64,000 nt of DNA from Balanoglossus misakiensis (lineage: Eukaryota; Animalia; Hemichordata). This document shows, in pieces, positions 36,201-47,835 of this stretch. Position 1 is the first letter of the stretch, and each line of letters starts with the position of its first letter. The notes under the pieces are model-generated. The model saw only the letters and a list, made by a program, of their open reading frames with translations, did not search any database and was not told where the DNA came from. Location of the stretch: contig CM082594.2 of NCBI GenBank assembly GCA_040954595.2, positions 1,382,247-1,446,246 on the forward strand, read 5' to 3'. The translations under genes were made by a program, and so were the position numbers.

Positions 36201-37110
36201 GCAAGCCAAGTCCCGTCAAAGCCTGTCCGTACCAAGTTTTCTTTCACGAGTAATTGTAGGCTACGAGTCGGTCGCGAAAGATATGGCCTGCGACGCACGC
36301 ACGCCAAGACGTCGGTCATCGGTTCGCACCATCGGCAAAAATCGTCATGTTTTCCCGAGTCGATCCCAAAACGCACTCTCCTAAACAGGCACCCACGAGT
36401 GCGTCCGACACGTCTGGCCATCGAAAAGGTTGATACCCTATGTCGTTGTGGAATCGTCTGCTATGGAAAACTATGCATCGCTGTCAATTACGTTTTTGCG
36501 GACACATAAAAAACGGTCTCCCCAGGGTCGGAATGACCGGCGGAATTTGCCTCTAAGGATAGTGTGCTATTTGTAGTTCAAGGCAAATAACCCTGTCGAG
36601 ACTTTCCTGTCCTAACAGATTTTGCCCTCAAAACGGTAGTTCAAAGACAACCCGTTATAGCGAAGCGCACGCAAACGCCTAGAGACTCCAGCGGGTCGGT
36701 GAATCATATCGATTCATACCGATTAGGTCATTCATCACTCGCCAACGTTCGACTTCTACCCACACCGGAAATCGGGCGGTCTGCTACGGACTCGACAGCG
36801 TTAGGGTTAATATTGGATCATCGTTACCCTGTCACCACTGTGGAAGTCCACACAACTGGTCCCTGGATTACTCTAGACAGACTCAGTGATAACTTATTTG
36901 AACCACCCATTGGTTCTGGTGATATACAAGCCCCTCTCAATGTCAAGGTCTATTCGGTGTCTGGTAAAATTAACTACAGGGTTAGAGAGTTTCAGTTTGG
37001 TGAGATTATTGACACCTCCAAGCAATTTCGACATTGTGAGGATGATGAGCTTGAAGTTACTACACTTCCAGACTTTGGAATAGTTACAACAATCGAGAGT
37101 ACGCTTGAAG
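30218..37110 (+). CDS. Expansin-like module 3, exons 30218-30360, 30657-30875, 31198-31234/36811-37110 (piggyBac-interrupted)
   Basis: Copy of module 2 at +8418. Confidence 0.8.
32611..34557 (-). CDS. piggyBac transposase ORF2, copy 2
   Basis: Identical translation to 24193-26139. Confidence 0.95.
   Translation of the reverse strand: MRYSPPEFEPEKILDAKTGLFRYRRPDDDLEEDEGNVTDIDEDAAEDDNFYELSFPGTPSEESDSENEAVIEEAIRQASKDGDEWRLSQHEDTEIFSEPLFEKERGPTFTMATHARELEYFLKFVSPDMISLAVKETNKYASYHQHYIAKKIDSEWRATNYREMQAFLGVVIIMGIDRKPAVGDHWSSDIFLHNVGISSVMTRQRYHRLMRYFHLADPQKDPRRDPDPNRRSRRCQDDPMYKVNPWMEPLVNSCVHSYQMGQEISIDEGMVKFKGRSKFKQRLPHKPDRDGFKVWQLADSVTSYVANFAPYLGVKYLDRNDGKKQERGVVKRITIELVQPFCGYNHILFCDSLFTTVLTARELMEMGMYMVGSFNRRNHRSMPPMLIPPGKKKKLPLKVGEMKAATRVDCRINLAAYQDSNAQVLILNNVYPLIDTETVGSGEEERNVPLSLSKYRVFMGGVDRANQKRKYYHCGRKNNRWWVYMAWYLMDVALTNAYVCFKDLNPQTKVKHKFFNLRVGKQLIGGFTSRGQGNVREIERTVTDSSFIFPGNIPQHVESRLPGRQKTCKLCSREGKRTLSGRRSETVMGCALCQVHLHQGECFASFHHHMMLRGKKSIGTQFPEGDVRVRQPRRDKPLRRSSRNTDHS
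34446..35246 (-). CDS. piggyBac ORF1, copy 2
   Basis: Identical translation to 26028-26828. Confidence 0.7.
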   Translation of the reverse strand: MSLTDRKSFLKATRKIRNPESSGTGSDRYDVDSPVRKGKAKKKKAKKRLLSVRFEETEKPGGKRKRKSSRPVVDSADETEAPPRSDEVTAEAGEPASTPTEAPPRSDEVTSEADLQSSKQQKSGGKRKRKSDRPVVDSDGETEAPPRSDEVTAKAGEPASTPTEVPRGSDQTTPEAGEPASSPPVTPCTTDDSHETSPEVPSAAQMSPHQAVASTSTGKVGSSKKAVKKRCATVHLSLSPKRFWTPKQACSDIDGLMMTLRRMRET

Positions 37111-37629
37111 GTAAGATTGTGTTTCAGTTTCATAGTTTAGGTCCAATTTGGTATATACCAGTATACATATATACTATACTATGGGACCTTATGGGATCAA
37201 GGTAGTCTGTCTGTCTGTATGTCTGTATGCCTGTCTGTCTATCTGTATGTATGTACTGTTAAACGGGTCATTTTCGTGACGAAATTGTTCATGATATCAA
37301 TGGAGGCAAATGTCTCGCGAGGATTAATTTTCATGATCTCTTACTTTTACTGGATAGTTATTTCTGAAAAATATTTTATGTGACTTATTATTTTCATGTA
37401 TTTTGGCTATCGCATATTTCACGAAAAATTTAATGCTCGCGAAAATAACCCGTTTTACAGTATGTTTGTATGTATGGATGGATGGATGCATGGATGCATG
37501 CATGTATGTATGTATGAATGTAGGTATGAATGTAGGTATGAATGTATATTAAATGCAAGTAGTGGACATTCTATGGTTTGTGAGAAATCAGAAGCGCTTA
37601 TTCTTCATGTATCCTTCCTGCCAAAACAG

Positions 37630-38241
37630 ACGAGATGCAATCTACTCAGGAGGGTCCAACAACATTGCCTGGGTACATTACAACCCGGGGGCCTGAGACT
37701 GATTCCTTCACCAGTCGGTCTACAAGAACTGAAGTGACAAGTGGAACAACAGTTTCATCTGAAGAGATCACAACTGGTATCCACTCGACCACCCATGTTA
37801 AAGTCACAGATCAGGATGAAGTCAGCTCAGCAATATCCGAGACTGTCACAACTGCAACTCTATCAACAACAAGCGTCAATCCTACGATACTTTCAACGAT
37901 GGAAGATGAAGAAGACACCACAGAAACAGCAACAAGAACTGATATAGGCCCAACTGCAACAGATGTAACAAGTGCTCAAAGAGCAACTACTGATATCAAG
38001 CCTAACCCAACAACAGCTGAGCCAGTCACACAAAAGTCTTTGACAACAGAATATGAAATCAGGTCAACAGAATCCAAAACAAGAATAGTAACAGATGTAG
38101 ATACAAGTACATCCCTGCCTACAACTAGTGTCCAAGAACTGACCACCGAACGCACTGAATTTCAATCGAAATCTTCGGAACCACTTTCAACTAAAATATC
38201 AACAACAAAACCAGTGACACCTTCTCATGATGTAACAACAG
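37630..38241 (+). CDS. Thr/Ser-rich mucin exon (intact, 612 nt)
   Basis: Open frame DEMQSTQEGPTT...SHDVTT; phase 1-1. Confidence 0.85.
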
Positions 38242-38620
38242 GTAATTATACTACGTATAAAGACTACACATGTAAACTCATCTTGGGCAGCTAATGGTTG
38301 CCACTCAGAATAAAAATAGCTAAAAGATACAAAAATGGACCTTTCAGACATTATGAAAAAAAGTCTTGTACATTGTTTGCAATTGCCAGCAACTGTCCAA
38401 ATGCACACTATTTGGCTGAAATTCAGCAGAAGTGTACAAGTCATGGAGCCTTGGAGGCGAAGAAAAATACGCCTGTTTTTCAAAAATCAGTATCGTTTAT
38501 GACATATAACATTACACCCTCAATTTTTGTGCATAAATTATTTTTTATAGTTGTGTGATTCTGATTGAAACCAAGATTACATATTGATTGAATATATGTT
38601 AACATATGTTGTTGTTGCAG

Positions 38621-40143
38621 TCAGTAGAGATTGTGGAACCTTTGAGACTTTTGTAAATGCAACTTGTGAGAAGTACAGTGAGACACCAACTGATGGTACC
38701 TGTTCATTTGGAACATTTTACACAAGTATGGTTGCTGGTATGGCCAATTTTCAAGATTCACATGTAAGTATAGATAACGTTAGTTCTTGAAAGACTATGT
38801 ACATGATTGGCTGTGATGTCAATACTGACCGGATGGTCTGTCATTTCGAGTCATTGTGATTTGTAACAATTTTTGTTATGAATAATTTTATTTCATCTTG
38901 TTCGTTTTTGTGTGTTGCGCTGTTTTTTTAATTTTCTCAGCTAAGATTGATATAATCGCTTTGTATTTGAAGAAACCCTGCTGGCTTTAGTACTTCCAGT
39001 GTTGTCTAAAGAAGGAGATTTTGGTTTCTGTGATTGCAGGTTTGTGGGCAATGCCTGAACGTGATTGGTTCAAATGATGTATCTGTAGTTGTCCGGGTAA
39101 CAGACATGTGCATGTACCCGTACTGCATGATTGATGAAGATGGTCTGGTTCTAAGTGAGGATGCTTACAACATCTTGTCAGATGGTGAAAGTCCTTCATC
39201 TCTTTTTGTATCCTACTCTGTTATTGCCTGTCCTGAAGATGTCTCCATCAAGTTCAAGGTTTGTGAAACAAAACAATTATTAACTAATTAATATACCCTT
39301 GTCTTTAATTTTCACATCTTGGCGAACTTGTTTGAAACCTCCCTAGCCATTTTTTTAAGTATTTGTAAGATTGAAGTTTAAATTGTCAAGAGTATTCATC
39401 TGTTTCTTTACTGGAAGTTTAGATCTCCTGGAAATCAAACCAGTCTCAACTGATTTGGACAAGGGAAGATCCAGTGGGGACTAGGTCATTGACAATGATT
39501 TGTTGCAAATACTGTAAAACGGGAAATTTTCACGCCAGGAAATTTTCGCAATATCAAAAGAGGCAACTGTTACGCGAGGATTAATTTTGGCGTTCTTGTA
39601 TTTCACTAACTGCATCGTTAAATCACACGACATTTATTTTCACTTCTCTTTTAGATCTTGCGTATTTTGCGAAAATTTATGCTCGCGAAAATAACCCATT
39701 TTACAGTAAGTCTTGCTCTAAATTTCAAAGTATTAGGACCAACCAGGGACTGTGTTGTTCATCTTTTTAGTGTACTGCATATTGATTGATTGATTTGTTT
39801 ATTTAGTTTGCAGAGAGCATTTCTGCATCATTCAGCTTATTAATATTGGATCATCGTTACCCTGTCACCACTGTGGAAGTCCACACAACTGGTCCCTGGA
39901 TTACTCTAGACAGACTCAGTGATAACTTATTTGAACAACCCATTGGTTCTGGTGATATACAAGCCCCTCTCAATGTCAAGGTCTATTCGGTGTGTGGTAA
40001 AATTAACTACAGGGTTACAGACTTTGAGTTTGATGAGATTATTGACACCTCCAAGCAATTTCGACATTGTGAGGATGATGAGCTTGAAGTTACTACACTT
40101 CCAGACTTTGGAATAGTTACAACAATTGAGAGTACGCTTGAAG
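38621..40143 (+). CDS. Expansin-like module 4 (intact), exons 38621-38763, 39040-39258, 39807-40143
   Basis: Same exon lengths (143/219/337 nt) and motifs as module 1. Confidence 0.8.
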
Positions 40144-40690
40144 GTAAGATGGTTTCATTTTATACAATATGTAATTAGTTTACTGTATAACATAGGTCGA
40201 TGTTGCTGATGATTTCAATGGAGTGTAGCTGAATTTGTTACATTAGTTGTGATATCAGATATTGTGTTTTGCACACCAATATCTGGTACACTCTTATGCA
40301 AAATTTTCGCAAGAGGAAATGTTCATGATATCAAATGTGGCAACTGTTACGTGGCGATTAATTTTCACGTTCTGGTATTTCACTGCATCGTTATCTCTGA
40401 AAACCATAAGCGACTTTTTTTTTCACCAGTAAATTTATCGTTCGTGAAAATTTCCTATTTTACTGTATTTTGAATAAGAAATCTCAACACCCTCATAAAC
40501 AATTGCATTAAAGAAAGCAATAGAATAATAACACAATATCATTTGAATCACACACCGGGATGAGAATACCTTGAAATTGTCTCCTGCCAGGAACATTGAT
40601 TCAATACTGTTCATGTTAGTGGAGAACAATATAACATTAGATTTCCTTGTTCTAGATTATTCAAATTGTAATGTTCATTTTTATCAACAG

Positions 40691-41913
40691 ATGAAACAAC
40701 GCTGGAATATTTAACTAGTCCCTACACCGAAGGCACAGAAAAAAGCATCTCAACTGATGGATATGCCATAACTTCGCCCAGAATGACAACTGTGTTGGAC
40801 ACAGACAATATACCGGCTGTGACAACTGGAAAAAGCAAGTCAACCACAACAGTTACTATGGTTACAGTAACCATGCCTGTTGTCGTGACAACAGTAGAGG
40901 CAAGTTCTGAAAAGCCTGATCAGCAGTCAAGCACAGAAGGTGAGGGTACATACAAGACAACATCTGCTCCGATCTCAAAAACAGAAATGATGTCAACAGC
41001 AGAATCTGTGGATATTACTCCTGCAGACCAGACTTCAGAGTATGACGATGCAAGTGATGTGATGCCAACAGAGTCATGGACCACACCAGAGAAATTGTTG
41101 ACAACAAACAAAATGGACGCCACCACACCAGAGACACTTTTGACAACAAATAAAATGGACGGCACCACAGAATATTGGCAAACGGTAGAAGGCACCACAG
41201 AATGGCAAACACAAATGATAACTGATGATACTGCCACTTCCCAAAGAAGAACAACAAGAAAACATACAACTGAGGCACCGATGATCTGTTAACATCAAAA
41301 GGTGAATGTATACGAATTTCTACACTTTTCAGCATTATGAGCTCCAAAGTAAGGATGAATCTTGTTTACTTAGTTGACACGACTCTAGCTCCTGGATGAC
41401 ACCATTATTTTTAGGGGGTGAGGGGTGGAAGAAAGGAGAAAACATATTCACTCCTCACTTTTTTTTCAAAGAAATGTAGGTTTACTTCCTATTATGATAA
41501 AGTAAACTATGAATAATAAAACATTGAAAATTTGGCTTTATTGATAGAAACTTCATGTACGGGTACAGTGAAAATTTCAATTGAAAAAAAAAAATCATAA
41601 TACCTGCAATGTAAACAGTTAAACAGTTATACATTGTTAGTTACCATCATCATCGTTGTTTGAATCAGACTCTATGTCACAAATGAGGCAATAACAATGC
41701 TCAGTGCAATTGATCTGTATACGGTTGGTCAAATAACTCTTCCACTCTTATCATATAGACACCCATGTCCAGTGTGTAATATAAAGTATTCATTCAATTT
41801 CATTTATACAGTATATCATGATGTCAGTACTAAACCAACTACGAAACCAGCAACAACTCTGAAAGCCACAACAGGTGGTCTTACGACCCTACCAACTCCA
41901 ACTCAACTACCAG
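40691..41913 (+). CDS. Thr-rich exons 40691-41301 (1 nt short, frameshift near 41277) and 41812-41913
   Basis: The 611-nt exon hits TAA at 41290-41292 just before the donor; TDDLLTSK lies in the shifted frame. Confidence 0.75.
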
Positions 41914-42336
41914 GTAAGAGATATTACCCTTAGTTTGGTTGATAACGTGTTGTACTTGAGTGATGTCTCAAAGTGTTAAAACAAAACATCCAGAAAACTT
42001 GTTTTTGGAAGTTAATTTAAATTGCTTGTCACATGACAGTTGTGTAAACAATGGTCACACCAAAATGTTCTCCTATATTTACTTTCAGAAAATATATACT
42101 TTTAGGGGATTCTCGATAATTAACAGAACTTGATAATTAACAGAGAAATGTTTATTTCAAAAAGTGATTTTTTTTCTTGTATCTTTCATACACACCATGA
42201 AGTAATAATACAGTTAAATTTAAAATCAGAATAAACCACAAAGAGTTGAACCCATTTATGCTTTGAACAAATTGACCTGAAGAGAATAGGAGTTGTATGG
42301 GTCTGTATTTACAATTATTCGATAATTACTTTGCAG

Positions 42337-43339
42337 ACCGTGACGTTCCTGACTACTGTGCACAGCTTAGTGTGTCATATAATGGTAGTGGGCAGATTAC
42401 AGACCAGCAATCCTGTGGCAACTACTATGGTACAGAAATAACAACACAACTTGTTAATGGTTTAACTCAACTCCTGTCTCAAGATCCATCAGGAGCATGT
42501 GTTCCTCTTGCTGGTCTGGTTACAATCAATATCGCATTATCCATAAGTCTCACCTCGCTATCGGATAATTCGGTGGGTACTCTAACTGTCTCTTTCAGTC
42601 TTGCAGAAAATCTTGTAGACTCTTTCTGGTGTCTAGAATATTACACTCAACAAATTGTTCACTTCATAGCATTTTATCTCACATGCTCTTCAGATTGCAT
42701 ATCCAAAGAAAAAATGCATATTGGGAGAATATTTTCATGCAAATGTGACAACCATGCGATGTTTAATTTTGTCGATACAATCGATCGTAAACTGCTCAGC
42801 TGAAACAGTGAGCAGTCATCTTTCTTTTTTGTTTACGTGCGTTGGAGTGGGGGTGTCTTGAAACCGTCCGCATAACAGTACATACCTGTACACGGTGAGT
42901 TGGGGCGCCTTGAAACTTAAGGCGTATTTAACACGCGTTCCGTACGTACCGTTCCGTATGGCTTTTTAGTACACGCTAAATTCTATTGTTCTTGGTGCCA
43001 GATGCATAATAATAAAGCATATTAAACATAACATCTTTTAAAACAAATGCTTATGACTGTATATTCATTACCTGCAGCTTTTAATGGATGTGGGGCTGAA
43101 CTTACTGATTGAACCCATAGACCCATTGAGCCCTGGATACGACAATGCAGAATTGTCGGGATGTGGTCTTCAACTAATCTTTTATCTGACCAACCATCCA
43201 AGTGTATTTCCAGTTTTGGTTGCCATTGACAGTTCAGACAATTGTCCAGAACTATCATCTTCTGCAAACCCAATTCAAGAAGATGATGCAACATTCTGTT
43301 GTCCTGAAGGATATGAGCTCTTCCAGAGTGTCAGATGCA
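42337..43339 (+). CDS. Extra copy of SEA-like Cys-containing domain, exons 42337-42572 and 43078-43339
   Basis: DVPDYC...SCGNYY...GCG...NCPELS...FCCPEGY..C parallels EVPDYC...QCISYY...TCG...ACPELN...CCCPSGK..C at 45757-47078. Confidence 0.7.
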
Positions 43340-43808
43340 GTATGTATAAAATCATTATTTTTATTCACACTAAAGTGGCGCTTATATCTCTTCTTTTCTT
43401 TTAAGGATGTACGCGCAGAACATAAACCGGAAAACTGCACGCACCCGTCTTTTTCCCATAGGATTACATTGATAATTGCTAGAAAACTAACTTCTTCTAT
43501 TGTCATTGTCACAAAATTTTCTACATAGCTCAGTCCAGTAAATATAAATTCATTGGTCACTTAAAATATAAGGGTCACCTTGCTCTATTTTGAGATAAAT
43601 TGCATTAAAAAAAAATTTGCCCATAGACAAACCATTGATGAAAAATGCTGAATCAGCAGTTTTCTTCTATTATCGACTAAATTCGTGACTCTGTAATGTG
43701 TATTTCATAAACAGGCACGGTCATCAGGTAAATGCATGCTATGAGCGGTGTGTTACAAGCATGAATTAAGTATTACTTACAGAAAAAAAATTCTTCTTAT
43801 TTCAACAG

Positions 43809-43907
43809 CAGCCGCAGTGGAAGTTGTGAGGAAAAGAAGGGATGCATCTGAACAGTCATCATTTCTCACTAATGCTAAATGGAATGGCACTGCACCTGTT
43901 TGTATTG
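43809..43907 (+). CDS. Furin site + C-terminal end of the split CCP
   Basis: VVRKRRDASEQSSFLTNAKWNGTAPVCI. Confidence 0.85.
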
Positions 43908-44586
43908 GTATGTTCATTAGGTCAAAATAAAAAAATATGTGCTGTTCCAATTACCCGACCTACCCTAATTATAACCCGCTGACCCTAAACGTTTTAGAGC
44001 TTCCTAAACTGGAAGTATAAAAAACAATGTCAAATATACAAAATTTATGAAAATTGCAAGAATCACGTAAGAATTATGACGTTATTCTTATACACTACGG
44101 CGGCCAGAGTAATAAAAAAAATGCAACATAAAAAAACATTCCCTACCTACCTACCCTATTTTTGAAAACCATGTAATCAGAACAGCACAATTTAGCAATT
44201 TATCCGCCAGATTGAGTTCTTGAATGAAATCACCAATGTTGGAATTGGATTTTAATGTTTGTTTGTGTTTCATTCTAATTTGATTCTGATTGTGTTTCAT
44301 TCTGATTTGATTTGATTTGATTTCATGCATTGTCTGCCTGCTTTCATTTGTGGAAATCACAAAGCTTATAAATGGTCCATCATTGGAGTGGTTGTCAACA
44401 TCACTGGGAAAAAGGACGATGTTCAACTGGTTTTGCAATTGGGGTTGTCATGGAGCCACCTACAGAACAGTTCTTCTCCCAGCTGAATTCAAGATTACTA
44501 TGTCGCTTTAATGGCTGGCAAGTATTGTGGTTACAAACTTGGCAGATTACAGTCTCATATCTTATGAAATATATTTTGGCTTGCAG

Positions 44587-47078
44587 ATACCATGCCACTA
44601 GACTGTCCAGACACGTACGTAATTCTTGTTGATGAAGTGGAACACAATGTGTCATATCCAGCAGTCTCTGTTGTAGACAACCACGGAATCAGTGACGTCA
44701 TATATGAACCACCAAATGGAACTGCAGTTGAAACCAGGAACTACATCACAGTGACTGTTACTGCAACCGATTACAGTGGCAACCAGGCTCAGTGTCAATT
44801 TGATGTTTCTGTTCAACGTAAGTGTTCAGCTAAACTAGCCCACTAGTCGCTTGGTGAATTTTGAATCTCAATACTTTTGTGTGTTTGTGGTGATTTTTTG
44901 TCTTTATAATACTTTTTGTGTGCATGCTGCTTTGAGCGTTTTTCTGGTACTGAGTTGAGTTTCGAAAATAATGCAAAAAGTGGTGGCAGAGACTTTAAAC
45001 ATTTAGAAGTTAATATGGCATTGTTTTGAGACATTAGACATTTCCCCTTTTAACATCTCATTTTGTTATTCAGCTGATACATGTCCAGAGTGGTCACTAC
45101 CTACACCAGAAGGTGGACAGAAGACTTGCACCCGTGTCATTGGAGGACCACTGGGTTCAGGATTCTCATGTGCATTGTCCTGTCAAGCTGGTTATGATTT
45201 CATTCAAGAAATTGATTCACCTGGAGGAATGTACACCTGCATAATTGGTGGAACATGGCTACCCCATAATTACGTACCTGATTGTGTTGGTGTGTATGGG
45301 CTTCTACTGATCTATTTTTGCGTAATTGAAATTCAACTGATATCATATCAATATTCATTAGGCCCCCAAAATAATATGTGAATGCTGATGCAAATAATAA
45401 ACTTGAAGAACCAAAATAACCAACTAATTCAGTGTTACTGTTGGTTCAAATTTTCTCTGTATATTGCTGATATGTGAGGGAATTTGTGTTTTCCAGTTTG
45501 CTATGTGTGCCCTTATATAAACTGATCATTTTATAATCAGTCAATACCTACATTTTTATAATCAGTCAATACCTACATTTTTATAATCCGTCAATACCTA
45601 CATTACCGCATGGAAGATGGCACTAGTCCAGATTTGAGTGGATTAGCAAAAATGGGATTTTTTCACCAGCTTTGTAAAGCGAAAACTGGATTGACGATTG
45701 ACAATTCAACTAGTTGGCCTGAAGTTAAATTATCTTCCATATTGATCTTTCCACAGAGAAGGAAGTTCCAGATTATTGCCTGACTGTGGGAGGTGTATAC
45801 AACTCTGTGATAACCATTCCAAGTGATACCAACCAATGTATCTCATATTACGAGTCGAGTCTGCTTGGAATTGTGCAGTCTGTTGAACCACTGTTGTCGG
45901 TCCTGTGTAACTCGATTGAAGACAGTGTTGAAGTTCAAAGTGACTATTCAACAATGGCCATAGTAGACTCCAATCAGGTATAATTATCTGTCCTGCTGGA
46001 AAATTTTACAGTTTTATGCTGAAGAAGAAGGTTGATGTAATCCTTTATTTGATTTCTGTCGTTACATTATTGTACAATGTGTTACCCTAAGGTTGGGTTC
46101 TCCAAGGTGTGTCATTTTTAAGAAGCATTATCTTGTTATTGGAGGGACAAAGTCTCTCGCTCGCTGCCGTTTTCCCATTAATTATGTTTGATACAAGACA
46201 CAGTTTATGTTATTCTACATGTGGATATATAGTGAATCATCATTTGACCACACACAACTTCCATCTTGTTTGTAGGATATGAGAGTAAAAACTCGCCCAA
46301 AATGAATGAATGGTATTCATTTTTCGCGTGTTTTTTCACTGTCGCGTCTACAAGAGGATGGAAGTTGTGTGTGGTCAAACATTGATTCTCTATATATCCA
46401 CATGTAGAATAACATAAACAGTGTCTTGTAATTGTATCAAACATAATCCCTTTAAATGCTCCATAATAGCTTTATCTTTTTGCTACGTTTTCAGTGTGTT
46501 TGTTTTGTGTATCTACTGCAGTTTCTTGTTCAAATACCTGAAGAATCATAAAATGTTGAGCATTTGGCTTAATATCAACACAACATATATGTGAATGGTC
46601 AGCATTGTTATTGTGCAAAATTTAATTTCAGACTAGAATTCATTTGTCAACAATAACAATGGCTGTTACACGCATACATGATAAGTACTGGGTATAGTAA
46701 CATGCTGTTTGGAGTAGAACAAGAAATAGCGTTTGATACACGGAAGAAAATACTGAAAAAAAGCCAAAAGTTACAGCTACTGTGTCCTTTTAACCCATTA
46801 AACCAAACTTTCTATTTGGTGTTTTTCATACCGGTAGGTGAATGCAACAGTTGCCATGAAATTACTTGCAAAGACAGACAACGCAACAAGTTTAGATCTC
46901 CAAACCTGCGGTGATAGTATAATGAGTGAAATTACAACTCAGTTCAGTCAATTCAACAGTCTCATCAAAATCGAGGCAAATGGTGCTTGTCCAGAATTGA
47001 ATCTGTCAGGAGCCCCAACTAATGAGTTCTCAGGATGTTGCTGTCCATCTGGAAAGATTCTCAGTGGCTGTTATTGTT
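44587..47078 (+). CDS. HYR (44587-44817), CCP-like (45074-45289) and SEA-like (45757-45977, 46838-47078) exons
   Basis: VTVTATDYSGNQAQCQFDV (HYR); phases compatible throughout. The SEA-like label is tentative. Confidence 0.85.
45528..45603. repeat. 25-bp tandem repeat x3
   Basis: CATTTTTATAATCAGTCAATACCTA units. Confidence 0.9.
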
Positions 47079-47335
47079 GTAAGTATCATCAATCCAATAT
47101 ACCTTGAACCAAGAGTCTAAGTTTATGGTGTCAATTACTTGTCAACTTATAAATATTTTCATCCCAACCCACTAGTGACTTATACTGGTGTACCATATGC
47201 TTCGACATCTCTCCAAGGCTTACATGCATATACACCTTACACAACAGCTTATAAACAGCATCATTATCATCACAATTTATCCTGATATAATTGTTCATAG
47301 ACAGTTGCTCCGAAAAAATGCATAATTTAATTAGT

Positions 47336-47523
47336 ACAGTAAAACCTGTCTAAACTGAACCCTGTCGAATCTGGAAACCTGTCTAAACCAAACGCATTGT
47401 CCTGTCTCTTCGACATACATGTAGAACACCATGTTAAAAGAACGTCTATAAAACCAAACACCTCTGCAAACTGAACAGTTTCTTCAGTCCATTTGGTGTT
47501 CAGTTAAGACAATTTTTACTGTA
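47336..47523. mobile_element. Tigger/pogo-like MITE (TA-CAGTAAAA...TTTTACTG-TA); partial copies near 785-900 and 59365-59450
   Basis: TIRs with TA flanks. Confidence 0.65.
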
Positions 47524-47835
47524 CTGGTATATGTGTCACTTCTGTGCCTTGATGAGTTAAAGGGAAGAGGTTGTCCCACCGCGTGGGTGTCCTCCTTGAT
47601 GAGAATATGTCCTCCAATACAAGCACAAACCCCACTGCAGTCGTCAAGACCTACTAGGATCTTCAGTTTCTGTCATGCCCAGTCTATGCTGCGGTTGGCT
47701 GCTTTGTTATTCATCCTAAGAATTATTTATTTTCAGAGATTTGTGGATGCATTATAATGTTTATAAACAAACAAATGTGTCGCGATGACCCCTTCACTTT
47801 AAACATCTTTGTCTTTTTAATCTGTTACATTGTAG

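Larger units (their letters stand above)
31235..36806 (-). mobile_element. piggyBac-superfamily transposon, copy 2
   Basis: TTAA at 31231-31234 and 36807-36810; same sequence and same insertion site as copy 1. Confidence 0.95.
20195..37144. repeat. Tandem segmental duplication, 8418-bp period
   Basis: 20195-28726 matches 28613-37144; one difference noticed (22545 T vs 30963 C). Confidence 0.95.

Noticed and set aside
22817-36806. Site-specific targeting of expansin exons by piggyBac (two insertions at the same TTAA)
   Set aside because: Flanks are duplicated along with the element; one insertion followed by the 8418-bp duplication explains it.
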